From Escherichia phage 132: DNA of 64,000 nucleotides. Both the position numbers and the translations under genes were made by a program. Within the stretch, counting starts at the first letter, position 1. Every line of letters begins with the position of its first letter. The DNA is taken from sequence record MZ417521; one strand, written 5' to 3'. The notes below the pieces were generated by a model. The model had not been told where the DNA came from and did no database searches. It worked only from the letters and a program-made list of their open reading frames with translations. Positions 48,060 to 57,303 of this stretch are shown here, in pieces.

Positions 48060-48950
48060 TTAAGATTTAAGTAAATCAACAATTTTAATCAGCTTTTCAC
48101 GCTCAGATTTAGCTTTACTACTCAATCCAGATAGTCTGAAAATTTCATCGTCATATTGTTGAATAGAAATATTCAGCTCTTCAATCTGCTTATTAAAATA
48201 ATCAATTTGTTCAGAATGTTTTTCGTTACTACGAACTGGTACAGGTTTTGTAGGCAATTTGGTTGAACTGGATTCATCCGGGCGATAAATTAAAATACAA
48301 CTTGAACCAATAGGGCATTTTGCACCAGATGAATATTCTAATGTTCCAGCTTCTTTTAAAACTTCAAAAGCTAAACAGAGATGATGTCCCATATTAACAT
48401 AATCTGTAGAGCGAGCTCTGATGTAATAATCATCTCTGCGAATACTAAATTTAAAGCATTTAAGGTCTTCTGTATTATTGGTCTTAAAAATCATTTGTTT
48501 ATCTAGACCTTTAGCTAATCGAGCGCCTAATGCTAATAATCGTCGTTGATTTTCCCACAAATCCGCAATCATTTGATCGAATGATAATTTCGGCATTAGT
48601 CGACCATAAAGGTCATATCCTTTATTATAATTACGAAGAATTTCACTCGCATTAATACGAGACAACGCTCCAATTTTATTAAGGGCTTTCATAATGCGAT
48701 TAGATAAACTCATTCCAGACCCATTTGTTCGCTGTAGATGTTTTTCTAATCCAAACCCAATATCAACTTTAAATTTATCTAAAATTTCGGCATGAACATC
48801 TCTGTCAATAACATTCAAATCCAAAGTTGGGTTAAATTTATGAAAAAATTTATCTGGCTCTCCACGACGAAATACAGTCCATTCATTCATCATTTTTTTA
48901 TTAACTAAAGATTTAATTACTGCATTGACATTATTAATTACTACTGACAT
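48060..48950 (-). CDS. tandem paralog family member 4 (about 296 aa)
   Basis: track start is GTG; ATG at 48948-48950 preceded by GAGGA; block NQRRLLALGARLAKGL aligns with the family core. Confidence 0.55.
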   Translation of the reverse strand: MSVVINNVNAVIKSLVNKKMMNEWTVFRRGEPDKFFHKFNPTLDLNVIDRDVHAEILDKFKVDIGFGLEKHLQRTNGSGMSLSNRIMKALNKIGALSRINASEILRNYNKGYDLYGRLMPKLSFDQMIADLWENQRRLLALGARLAKGLDKQMIFKTNNTEDLKCFKFSIRRDDYYIRARSTDYVNMGHHLCLAFEVLKEAGTLEYSSGAKCPIGSSCILIYRPDESSSTKLPTKPVPVRSNEKHSEQIDYFNKQIEELNISIQQYDDEIFRLSGLSSKAKSEREKLIKIVDLLKS

Positions 48951-48957
48951 ATTTTCC

Positions 48958-49365
48958 TCACTCAATTTCAATTTTACTAAATACACAGAATATGATTGAA
49001 CAGACTACATAAGCGCCACACACGGATTGAACTAATACCATCCCAAAGAACCAAACAATATTATCAAACAATGTCTGTTTTACGTCGAAAGGACGTAAAC
49101 TTACAGTAATATTATCACCTTTTTCTATTGAAGAATACATCTCTGGGGAAATATATTCACTAAATCTATAACCATCTTTGAGTTCATATACGGCAATAAA
49201 CGATAAACTAGACCCTTTTCCTTGTGTTCCTGTAATGGTATTAACTACAGTAACATCATAATCTTTATAATGCATATAATCATTAATTGCGTAATAACCA
49301 TATGCAATTACTACACATAAACAACATATCAATAAATTCAATCTTTTAATTATCAACTGTTTCAT
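48958..49365 (-). CDS. membrane protein, 135 aa
   Basis: ATG ORF; N- and C-terminal hydrophobic helices. Confidence 0.5.
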   Translation of the reverse strand: MKQLIIKRLNLLICCLCVVIAYGYYAINDYMHYKDYDVTVVNTITGTQGKGSSLSFIAVYELKDGYRFSEYISPEMYSSIEKGDNITVSLRPFDVKQTLFDNIVWFFGMVLVQSVCGAYVVCSIIFCVFSKIEIE

Positions 49366-49420
49366 AATAATCTCAATTAAAAGGGCTTAGAACCATTATA
49401 CCATCCTTGGTATAAAGCGG

Positions 49421-49948
49421 TTATGCGAGTACCGTCTTTAACCGTTCTTCAAACTTCCGAAGAGTATTTTGGCGTTCAGCTCTTTGCTTTTTGTAAGTTT
49501 CAATACGCTCTGAAATGAGAGTGTATCGTTCATTTACTGATTCTTTCATAAAATCAGGAATTTCACGAGAAGCTTTAATCTCGTCAAATTTATCAATAAC
49601 AGCTTGCTCTTCAGCAATTAAGTTATCATACATTAAAATATCTTTCTTGATAAACTCAATATCTTCTTGAGTTACACGAGATAATTTAGATGCTTTATCC
49701 TTTTTGTACTGTTCGTTAGTATCACGAGACCAGTGTAATGTACGATTTTTATTCGTATTTTTGTAAATTTCTACAATACCAATCTCATCAATAATAACGA
49801 TCCAATTCCAACGGGATTTGTAAATTTGTCCTCCATCAACAGTGATTTCACCTCCGATTGAGATGTCATTAAAGAACTTGCTTTGCGCTTCAGATTTAAA
49901 TTTACCATCGTTGTAATTTACTAAGTTGAAAATATCTTTAGCGTTCAT
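49421..49948 (-). CDS. hypothetical protein with C-terminal coiled coil, 175 aa
   Basis: ATG directly behind a PeS promoter-leader cassette. Confidence 0.55.
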   Translation of the reverse strand: MNAKDIFNLVNYNDGKFKSEAQSKFFNDISIGGEITVDGGQIYKSRWNWIVIIDEIGIVEIYKNTNKNRTLHWSRDTNEQYKKDKASKLSRVTQEDIEFIKKDILMYDNLIAEEQAVIDKFDEIKASREIPDFMKESVNERYTLISERIETYKKQRAERQNTLRKFEERLKTVLA

Positions 49949-49964
49949 TTTCTGTTCCTCCGTA

Positions 49965-50006
49965 GTTGATAGTTGTATAGTACCACAGAGGAACAGTCTT
50001 GTAAAC
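49965..50006 (-). promoter_or_regulatory. PeS-like early promoter cassette
   Basis: gtaaac 50001-50006, atagta 49977-49982; conserved 20-bp block 49965-49984; flanked by 7-bp inverted repeat gttcctc/gaggaac. Confidence 0.55.
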
Positions 50007-50008
50007 CA

Positions 50009-50311
50009 CTAAAAGAAACTTCTTTCACAATTTTTTCCACTGAACCATGCGCTTACCGCTTTCTTAGTCTCAGGAGCAGTGTTATCCATAAACCATTCAA
50101 AGGCAGCCTTTTTATGATTCTGGAGGGCTTCTCGGGCTTTAATCTGCTCACGGTCTATTAACACTAACATATGAGCCTTTCTTGTCACCATGGGCTTCTT
50201 ATGATTTTTTGAATACTCCCAATCATTTGTCCATCGCATCGTTGTTGCGAACTGATGAACCGCGTCTTTAATTTTAGTTTCATAAATTTCACGAGCCTTT
50301 GAGTATAACAT
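50009..50311 (-). CDS. hypothetical protein, about 100 aa
   Basis: ORF with GGAGG inside the first codons of the track start; ATG at 50309-50311 has better spacing. Confidence 0.4.
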   Translation of the reverse strand: MLYSKAREIYETKIKDAVHQFATTMRWTNDWEYSKNHKKPMVTRKAHMLVLIDREQIKAREALQNHKKAAFEWFMDNTAPETKKAVSAWFSGKNCERSFF

Positions 50312-50393
50312 CATTACCTCCATTTACCAGTTTAATTCTAGTCATCTTTTTAATGGCAGTCCATATAATCTATTTCTGAACTGCCTTTTTGTC

Positions 50394-51113
50394 TTAGGAT
50401 TCTTCTAAATGTCTTTTCTGAAAAGTTGATACCATACTACGATACGGTTCATTTGGATACCCGTGTTTTATAGCTTCCTTTGTAAATTTTCTCCATCCAT
50501 ATTTAGTTTCTTTCCAAAGCTCGAATAATTCATCTTCATATTGCCATATAGTTAAATGAGAACGCTTTGCAGCTTTAATTCCATTAATATGCTTTTCTTT
50601 TACTACAGGATTGCTTAGTTTCTTTTTAATAATATTACTAACTTTTCTAACAAAAACTGGGTCCTTATATCGTTGCGAAGTTTTTATTGAAGTGTTTAAT
50701 TTAGCTTCCGGCGTGGATGTGACCTCTTTCATCTTTTTCTTCATATGCTGTATATGATTAGGATTTTTCCATAAATTTATAGAATGCTTTTTGCATTTTA
50801 TCCTAGTTTCATCTGCAACCTTTCCTCCTTCACCCCCGTATGACAGGTTAACACAGTTTTTTCCATATTTCAATTTACCTGCCATGATATATAATATTTC
50901 AGCTTGTACCATTTTATCATAATTATCAAAAACTTCTAAAACCGTTTTTGATAATATGTGGTCATTTGACACTTTTACACGTTCTATATAATTTCCACTA
51001 CCAACATACGAATCATTGATGTTATTAGTTATATGTCGACCATAATAGTATTTCTTAATACCTGTCTTTAAATTTAATATTTCAGTTTTATAGATAGTAA
51101 AATATTTTTTCAT
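50394..51113 (-). CDS. free-standing GIY-YIG-like homing endonuclease, 239 aa
   Basis: N-terminal FTIYKTEI...YYYGRH (GIY-YIG-like with YYG); basic C-terminal half; start ATG overlaps the stop of the AAA+ gene. Confidence 0.6.
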   Translation of the reverse strand: MKKYFTIYKTEILNLKTGIKKYYYGRHITNNINDSYVGSGNYIERVKVSNDHILSKTVLEVFDNYDKMVQAEILYIMAGKLKYGKNCVNLSYGGEGGKVADETRIKCKKHSINLWKNPNHIQHMKKKMKEVTSTPEAKLNTSIKTSQRYKDPVFVRKVSNIIKKKLSNPVVKEKHINGIKAAKRSHLTIWQYEDELFELWKETKYGWRKFTKEAIKHGYPNEPYRSMVSTFQKRHLEES

Positions 51114-52078
51114 TTTAATAATACCGTTTCAGCAATTTCTTCCCAATGATTTTTGTCGGTCATAATGAAGTCAGCAAGATAAAGAGCAGTACGCAGTGAA
51201 ACATTGCGTAAACGATTAACATTGACTTTCATCCATGATAATGCTTTATAAGTTTCTTCATCAGAAAGACCGCGCTTTTGCATCATGTCAGTTGAAAGAA
51301 TAACATCTTCAACCCTGACCATAATTTCTTCATTAGTATGAACACCCAAATCTAAATAAACTGAGCGGGACACTAATGCTTGTAAATGTGGAGCAAGTTT
51401 AGTACCACGGTCTAATTCGCGGTCAATGTCAACGTTTGTGATAAAAACAATCGTTCCTTTAAATTCAAACTCACGGTCAATGCCTTTTTCTTCTAAGTAA
51501 GAAGATGCAGTGCTCCAGCAGACTTTACGGGTCTCTCCAGTGTCCAGAGCAGCTTTTAGAAGATTAAGAATGTCCATATCAGAGAAAACATCCACATCAT
51601 CAATCAAAAGGACAGAATTCTCTTCACGATTGTTCCAAAGCTGCTCATAAAGACCAATACCAGAGATTTTACCATTAATGCTTTTATATTCAATGTATCC
51701 ATTATCATTTGCTTTATTTAAAGCTTTATCTAAAGAATACGTTTTACCAATACCTGCTGCGCCAGAGATAATTAATGAACGAATATTTCCATTAATAATA
51801 CCATTCGTCATCATTCCCATAACATTAAATCTTTTATTAATGCGGGTTTTCATATCTTCATATGATTCTTTAACTTCTTCAACTTTTACACCATCATATG
51901 AAATATCTGATTTGTAAACCCAAACACCGCGACGTTTACCGTCAATTTCAACAAAAACTTTACCATCTCCTTGTGCATCTACCGGAGCATTATCTGGGAA
52001 CCATTCGCCTAAGAGCTCAAAAGTTCCAGAGATTTCTTTACCGAAGTAGATACCCTTATTGATAGTTACAGTTTTCAT
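51110..52078 (-). CDS. AAA+ ATPase, about 322 aa
   Basis: Walker A GAAGIGKT and Walker B LLIDDVD; start set to ATG 52076-52078 because the track ORF runs through the upstream terminator and promoter. Confidence 0.6.
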   Translation of the reverse strand: MKTVTINKGIYFGKEISGTFELLGEWFPDNAPVDAQGDGKVFVEIDGKRRGVWVYKSDISYDGVKVEEVKESYEDMKTRINKRFNVMGMMTNGIINGNIRSLIISGAAGIGKTYSLDKALNKANDNGYIEYKSINGKISGIGLYEQLWNNREENSVLLIDDVDVFSDMDILNLLKAALDTGETRKVCWSTASSYLEEKGIDREFEFKGTIVFITNVDIDRELDRGTKLAPHLQALVSRSVYLDLGVHTNEEIMVRVEDVILSTDMMQKRGLSDEETYKALSWMKVNVNRLRNVSLRTALYLADFIMTDKNHWEEIAETVLLK

Positions 52079-52100
52079 TTTATTCTCCAAATCTGTATCA

Positions 52101-52142
52101 GTTGATAGTTGTATAGTACCATAAAGCTTTATGCTTGTAAAC
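52101..52142 (-). promoter_or_regulatory. PeS-like early promoter cassette driving the AAA+ ATPase gene
   Basis: gtaaac 52137-52142, atagta 52113-52118; conserved block 52101-52120; leader GATACAGATTTGGAGAAT-AAA-ATG nearly identical to the copy at 24.6 kb. Confidence 0.55.
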
Positions 52143-52164
52143 CGTTTTGTGAAAAAATTTCTGA

Positions 52165-52192
52165 AATAAAAAAAGGGAGCCCGAAGGCTCCC
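52165..52192 (-). terminator. intrinsic terminator (gggagcc-UUCG-ggcuccc plus U-run) downstream of the NTase-like gene
   Basis: gggagcccgaaggctccc at 52175-52192 preceded on plus strand by aaataaaaaaa. Confidence 0.7.
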
Positions 52193-52194
52193 TA

Positions 52195-53208
52195 TCATTT
52201 ATAATAACTTCGGTGGTTTTCAAGATAAACCCTCTCAAGGAAGTCATCCCAGAAACCCATGTCTACTTTTTGCTGCATACCGTTCTTAGAAGCTTCAATG
52301 GATGCTGCTTCTACTTGATCGACCACATCTTCCAAAAACTCTTGAACAGTTTTAAATGGATGTTTACCCAACTTCACGTCGAGAATAAATGGAGCATCTT
52401 GGAGTGGATAAACCAAGTCGCCAGTTTTGTAAATTTCCAATAGTTGGAGTCCACCACGACAAGCATGACTCAAAGCTTTCCAGTCAATACCCTCATTCGC
52501 TTCAGCTTTACGAGCACGTTCGCCGTATTCAGCATCAAGTTTATTCAAAGACTGCTTAAGCTCAATAAGAGAAAGAGTTGTCTGATATTTACGACCCAAC
52601 ACAGTATAGAACGTTTGTGGGCCTGTTTTCTCATGATTGTGGAACACCCATTCACAGAACTCGTTTTCTGGAAGACGATGCTTAATATCTTCAACTTTAG
52701 TTCGACGCTGCTTAATGGAACCGTCTTCTTGGTAATCAACCCATTGCTCGGGGATTTGATTAACTACTTTCAATACATCACGTAATGCAGCCAAACGAGA
52801 ACCCTTGACACCGTATTTAGAAGCTTGCTTGCGGACATATCCTAAATATGATTTCATGTTAGTCGTATAAAAACGAGAACGGTTGTCTTGAATAAACTTC
52901 CACACATCAGGCAAATCAGATTTAACCACTAGTTCAGGTGGAGTGTGAAGCATATCTAATGCTACAGTTTCACCATCTGCTGCTAATTTAAAGAAATATT
53001 TAAGACTGTATAGTTCATGGTCAATATCATCTTTAGTGTTTTTAGATGATGTGTTGTTAGTATTTTTACTCATGTGCTCTTTAACATTTCCAATAAGAAT
53101 ATCGCGAGCAGGAGGAACAAAGATTTCTTTAAAATCTACATCAGATTCTGGAGTAGAAGTTCCATAAAGATGACTACCAAAATAGCTTTTCATTACTGTT
53201 TTCATCAT
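52195..53208 (-). CDS. nucleotidyltransferase-like protein (Pol-beta superfamily signature), 337 aa
   Basis: N-terminal G-S-x3-G-x6-D-V-D (YFGSHLYGTSTPESDVDF) and a later acidic strand candidate (VALDML); about 280 aa helical C-terminal region. Confidence 0.5.
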   Translation of the reverse strand: MMKTVMKSYFGSHLYGTSTPESDVDFKEIFVPPARDILIGNVKEHMSKNTNNTSSKNTKDDIDHELYSLKYFFKLAADGETVALDMLHTPPELVVKSDLPDVWKFIQDNRSRFYTTNMKSYLGYVRKQASKYGVKGSRLAALRDVLKVVNQIPEQWVDYQEDGSIKQRRTKVEDIKHRLPENEFCEWVFHNHEKTGPQTFYTVLGRKYQTTLSLIELKQSLNKLDAEYGERARKAEANEGIDWKALSHACRGGLQLLEIYKTGDLVYPLQDAPFILDVKLGKHPFKTVQEFLEDVVDQVEAASIEASKNGMQQKVDMGFWDDFLERVYLENHRSYYK

Positions 53209-53666
53209 TCAGCCTTATATTCAATAACAGGACATACTTTAGCTTTACGAGCTTTTAAAAATTCAACGATAACCGATTTCTTGGGTTGAATAGGAGGTAA
53301 ACCTTTATACGCCCTATCAATATTTTCTACGTGTAAAGCATAATCCTTTTTCCATTTATAATCTTTATATTTTTCACGCAAATGTACAGGAATAACAAAT
53401 GAACCGATAATAAGTAAAACGAGCAAAATGGCAAGTATAAATGCTGATGGAAGAAGAGTCCATAAACTACCGAAAATAAGCCAACGTTGTAGGCTTTCTG
53501 CACAAATAATTGTTAGCCCTACGAGTATAGCACATCCAAAAATAGAAACGAAAAATGTAGGAATGGCAATAGACCAAAAATATGCGCATAGTGTCTTAGG
53601 TCGTTGCCATTCATCGTTAAACAATTTGAATAATTTATAGTGCCAAGAGTTTTCATTAATAATCAT
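53205..53666 (-). CDS. membrane protein, 153 aa
   Basis: ATG ORF; 2-3 predicted TM helices; ATGA-type overlap with the NTase-like gene. Confidence 0.5.
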   Translation of the reverse strand: MIINENSWHYKLFKLFNDEWQRPKTLCAYFWSIAIPTFFVSIFGCAILVGLTIICAESLQRWLIFGSLWTLLPSAFILAILLVLLIIGSFVIPVHLREKYKDYKWKKDYALHVENIDRAYKGLPPIQPKKSVIVEFLKARKAKVCPVIEYKAE

Positions 53667-53668
53667 AA

Positions 53669-54190
53669 TTATCCTTTCATTGAAGGCGTAACAGTTGTTA
53701 AATACCTAATCATAGCCTCAGCTTCTGATTTTGATAGTGAAATTTCTTCACCGTTTTGACGAATAGAAATAAAATCTGGATGACGGTCACCACCAGCTTT
53801 TAAAACACACATATAAGTATCAGTTTCATCTTCAATATCTGAAATAATTGAAGCAGTTCCGCATGAATGTGGTTTTTGATAAATCAATGCAGCTTTTCTT
53901 CCACCGTTTGACTGTTCATAAACTTTTAATACATCAAACAAATCACTTCTTTTATCAATAGCTAAAATGTTATTTTCATCTTCAATGTTAAATCCTTCGG
54001 ATACTTCATAAAGTGTTACCCATAAATCACCGATGTCAATAACAGCATTTACTTTTCCACGGCTTTCAAGAGTATGACAAATTTTCTTGATTTCGTCATA
54101 ACTCATTTTAATAATATCATCTCCTTGACTAAGAAAGATGTCATTTTTAAATTCAACACGAATTAAACCGCTTTCACTTGAAATAAACAT
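53669..54190 (-). CDS. hypothetical protein, 173 aa (paralog of 54197-54730)
   Basis: ATG ORF; C-terminus SKSEAEAMIRYLTTVTPSM resembles TKDEAIALKTYLDSVIPTM of the neighbour. Confidence 0.5.
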   Translation of the reverse strand: MFISSESGLIRVEFKNDIFLSQGDDIIKMSYDEIKKICHTLESRGKVNAVIDIGDLWVTLYEVSEGFNIEDENNILAIDKRSDLFDVLKVYEQSNGGRKAALIYQKPHSCGTASIISDIEDETDTYMCVLKAGGDRHPDFISIRQNGEEISLSKSEAEAMIRYLTTVTPSMKG

Positions 54191-54196
54191 ATTTCC

Positions 54197-54730
54197 TCAC
54201 TTTGAAATCATAGTTGGAATAACAGAATCAAGATAAGTCTTTAGTGCAATAGCTTCGTCTTTGGTAAATGTGACAATATGCGATCGAAAATCATCAATTT
54301 GACGAATAGTTAAGACATCTCCATCTTCATAACATTTTGATACGTTTAAAACAGTTTCATCATTCTGATTGCAAGCGTTAGTAATAATAGCATTGCAATT
54401 TTTAAACCATTTTAAACTATGTTTTCTTTCATTAGAATCATAAAAATATTTAATGTAAGTTATAAAATTATCCCAATTATTAATTGATAAGCACATTGAC
54501 TCGCTTTTAATATTAAATCCTGGGCATGAAGAATAAAAATGAATTTTATGCTCATCATTAATGCTTACAATTTTATCAGTATAAGGATATTCAATTTGGG
54601 TTAAATGAATGATTTCACTAGGTGTAAAATACAGCATATCGTCTTCTTGTGTCAAACGATACATATTATTTACTTTTTCTATAGCCAATTCACCAAAAAG
54701 CGGACTAACTTCTAATACTAATCGTTTCAT
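54197..54730 (-). CDS. hypothetical protein, about 177 aa (paralog of 53669-54190)
   Basis: track start is GTG at 54754; ATG at 54728-54730 used; start uncertain. Confidence 0.45.
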   Translation of the reverse strand: MKRLVLEVSPLFGELAIEKVNNMYRLTQEDDMLYFTPSEIIHLTQIEYPYTDKIVSINDEHKIHFYSSCPGFNIKSESMCLSINNWDNFITYIKYFYDSNERKHSLKWFKNCNAIITNACNQNDETVLNVSKCYEDGDVLTIRQIDDFRSHIVTFTKDEAIALKTYLDSVIPTMISK

Positions 54731-54889
54731 ATTGATTCTCTTTGACTCACTCACAATTACATACTCCTTTGAATAATATCAATAATGTTGTTCACCAGAT
54801 TATAAGTAAACATTGGGTAATTATATTGAATCATCACATACACAACAAACAAAATTTTCATTCTCTTCTCCTTGACAGTTGACAAGATT

Positions 54890-54919
54890 ACTATACCATA
54901 ACCTTGCCAACTTGTAAAC
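54890..54919 (-). promoter_or_regulatory. T4-type early promoter (-10 TATAGT) in a 330-bp gap
   Basis: gtaaac 54914-54919, actata 54890-54895 on plus strand; 18-nt spacer. Confidence 0.45.
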
Positions 54920-55084
54920 CATTAAATGACGTTTTCAATAAAATTCTGAAGCTTTGTGTGAGCATCAACCATGATTTTCATTTCTTCTTTGGCGAAAGCT
55001 GTACCTCTTTCCCGAGCAGAATACTCATAGTCAGAAACTGCATTAGCATATTCTTCAATTAGCTTCATTAAAAACATCTGCTTT

Positions 55085-55279
55085 TCAGTTTTCATTATTC
55101 CACCTAATCATTTCAAGATATTGAACTAACTTAGCTTTGGATTTATCCAAATCCTTTTTAGCTGCTTCTATACCGTCGTATGAATATCCTTCACAATGCT
55201 CAACTGCCAATTGATATGAATCTATTTCAATATCACGTGCTAATTTAATGATTTTTTCAAACTGTTCGCGTGTTAGCAT
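55085..55279 (-). CDS. small hypothetical protein, 64 aa
   Basis: ATG ORF. Confidence 0.4.
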   Translation of the reverse strand: MLTREQFEKIIKLARDIEIDSYQLAVEHCEGYSYDGIEAAKKDLDKSKAKLVQYLEMIRWNNEN

Positions 55280-55281
55280 AA

Positions 55282-55485
55282 TTAAACTCTCGTATTATGA
55301 TCGATAATTTCATCAAGAAACATATCTAACGCTTCTAAAGCATTATCAACTTTAGCTTCAAGTTCATCAATACCTTTATTTGCAATGCCTGACGAAAACC
55401 AAGCAAAGTCACTAAGTTCCTCATCTGCTTTACGAATTGAAGCCACTAATTCCTTAATTTTATCCGCTTGTTCGATACTAATCAT
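55282..55485 (-). CDS. small hypothetical protein, about 67 aa
   Basis: ATG at 55483-55485 chosen over the longer track ORF. Confidence 0.35.
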   Translation of the reverse strand: MISIEQADKIKELVASIRKADEELSDFAWFSSGIANKGIDELEAKVDNALEALDMFLDEIIDHNTRV

Positions 55486-55673
55486 TATTCCACCACATAT
55501 GAAAGAGAGAATATTGCACATGCCATGTGAGTTGCAACTTCATCACACATATTATAACGTTTCTTAAGAAGTTCTACAAGTTCTTCACTAGTAACTTCAT
55601 CCATGTCGACGAAAAAATCACCATTAATGATGACGTAGATATTTCCTTCTTGATTGAGTGCTTCAATTTTCAT
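55485..55673 (-). CDS. small acidic hypothetical protein, about 62 aa
   Basis: ATG at 55671-55673 behind PeS leader AAGAGGAGAACATC. Confidence 0.4.
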
Positions 55674-55690
55674 GATGTTCTCCTCTTTAT

Positions 55691-55730
55691 CCGATAGTTG
55701 TATAGTACCACGGCTCAAACGAAAAGTAAA
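55691..55730 (-). promoter_or_regulatory. PeS-like early promoter cassette
   Basis: gtaaac 55725-55730, atagta 55701-55706; 18-bp core block 55691-55708 (the first two bases of the 20-bp block differ). Confidence 0.5.
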
Positions 55731-55741
55731 CCGGTAAAATG

Positions 55742-55763
55742 AAAAAAGTCTCCCGAAGGAGAC
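55742..55763 (-). terminator. intrinsic terminator (gucucc-UUCG-ggagac plus U-run)
   Basis: gtctcccgaaggagac at 55748-55763 preceded on plus strand by aaaaaa. Confidence 0.7.
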
Positions 55764-55768
55764 TAATG

Positions 55769-56155
55769 TTATTCGAGGGAAAGAAGATATTTACTCTGGT
55801 AAAACATTCCAGTAATATCATCTATCGTGCTTTGGATGGCTGGAGGCATTTCTTTATAAATGCTGTTAGATTGGTCTAGTATGCGATCAATCATTTTAAT
55901 TGTGTCGGTAGGAAGTTTACTAGCATCTGGAATTGAAGGTGTGTATTTTCTACCAGAATACCCCAAATACTGCTCACCAAATTTGTCAATCAAATCTGGT
56001 AACTCAGAAAAAATAAAATCGTATGCTTTGTGCCTAGCATAACTTTTAGTTTCAAAATGTGCAGAATGAAAATAAGCTTGCGCAGCCATTAATAAACCTA
56101 AGTATTCATCTGCCTTTGAAGGTTTTCCACTTTGTGAAAAGTCGCTGAATTTCAT
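55769..56155 (-). CDS. hypothetical protein, 128 aa (rI.-1 position)
   Basis: ATG ORF immediately downstream of rI. Confidence 0.5.
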
Positions 56156-56445
56156 TCAGTCTCCAATTTAATGTTCATAATTCTAGCGTATGATTGTGCC
56201 ATCTCCGCGCCTCGTTCTATACATTCAAAATCAGAAGAGCACGGGTCATTTTTATAGGTCGTTCTCATAAAACTATAGAACTGTTCAGATGATTCTACGC
56301 TTTTATTTTCAAAAAGCATATAAACGTGCCTAATACCAGATTCCATAAATTTATCAAAATGAGGATCGACATTCGCTTCAATCGATGGAGATAAAACAAA
56401 TGACAATCCTAGCATGGCAAAAAGTGCCGTTGCTTTTAAGGCCAT
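56152..56445 (-). CDS. rI: lysis inhibition regulator RI (antiholin), 97 aa
   Basis: matches recalled T4 RI (MALKATALFAMLGLSFVLSPSIEANVDPHFDKF...); signal-anchor N-terminus. Confidence 0.85.
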   Translation of the reverse strand: MALKATALFAMLGLSFVLSPSIEANVDPHFDKFMESGIRHVYMLFENKSVESSEQFYSFMRTTYKNDPCSSDFECIERGAEMAQSYARIMNIKLETE

Positions 56446-56457
56446 AAAGGCCTCCTA

Positions 56458-56670
56458 TCATTTTTGTCCTGTATTTACTTTATGCCGATGCACGGCCTTA
56501 ACTTTATCAAGGTATTTTTCAAAATTTCGCAATCTAGTATAGTCTGCCGGAGATTGGTTGAGTGATACTTCTCGACGCAAAGCTGAAATGATATTTCCAA
56601 CTTCCCTACGAATTTCATCTAATTGAAGAACAGTAAGATTGCGAAGTTGCTTTTCAGTTAATTGTAGCAT
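56458..56670 (-). CDS. small hypothetical protein, 70 aa (rI.1 position)
   Basis: ATG ORF between tk and rI. Confidence 0.45.
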
Positions 56671-56712
56671 ATATACCCCTTTAGTTAGATAAACCTATTT
56701 ATAACTTTTGCA

Positions 56713-57294
56713 CTAACCGAGTTTTTTAGTTAATTCATTCCAATGTTTTCTACACAAAGAAACATAAATTTCATCACCAATACAGATTTGATTACCTTCT
56801 TTAACTGGTGTTCCATCTTCCATTAATCGAGCTGTCATAATCGCTTTTTTGCCGCAATGACAAACTGCCTTTAGTTCAATAAGTTTATCTGCAATCGCTA
56901 AAAGTTCTTTAGAACCTTCAAACAATTTTCCAGCGAAATCAGTCCTTAATCCATAAGCCATAACAGGAACATTATATGTATCAACAATTCGACTCAATTG
57001 ATGCACCTGTTCAGTTTTTAAAAACTGAGCTTCATCTACAAATACGCAATGAATATCTTTTTGTGCTTCAGCCCATTTATAGAACTCGAAAATATCCATA
57101 TCATCTGTAATAATATTCGCTTCCTGTTTAATTCCAATGCGAGAAACAACTTCACAGACAGAATCGCGAGTATCAATAGCGGGTTTAAGAACTAATACAC
57201 TCATTCCACGTTCTTTATAATTATGTGCGGCAGTCAAAAGAGAAGCAGATTTTCCAGCATTCATTGCTGCATAAGTAAAAATTAAACTCGCCAT
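56713..57294 (-). CDS. tk: thymidine kinase, 193 aa
   Basis: P-loop AMNAGKS, DEAQF Walker B, C-terminal zinc-binding CHCG...C..C; T4 Tk length. Confidence 0.9.
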   Translation of the reverse strand: MASLIFTYAAMNAGKSASLLTAAHNYKERGMSVLVLKPAIDTRDSVCEVVSRIGIKQEANIITDDMDIFEFYKWAEAQKDIHCVFVDEAQFLKTEQVHQLSRIVDTYNVPVMAYGLRTDFAGKLFEGSKELLAIADKLIELKAVCHCGKKAIMTARLMEDGTPVKEGNQICIGDEIYVSLCRKHWNELTKKLG

Positions 57295-57303
57295 ATCACC
57301 TTC

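Noticed and set aside
52195-53208. Calling the nucleotidyltransferase-like protein a cGAS/DncV-like CD-NTase specifically
   Set aside because: Only the generic Pol-beta-superfamily GS...DxD signature is visible; family assignment needs profile or structure comparison.
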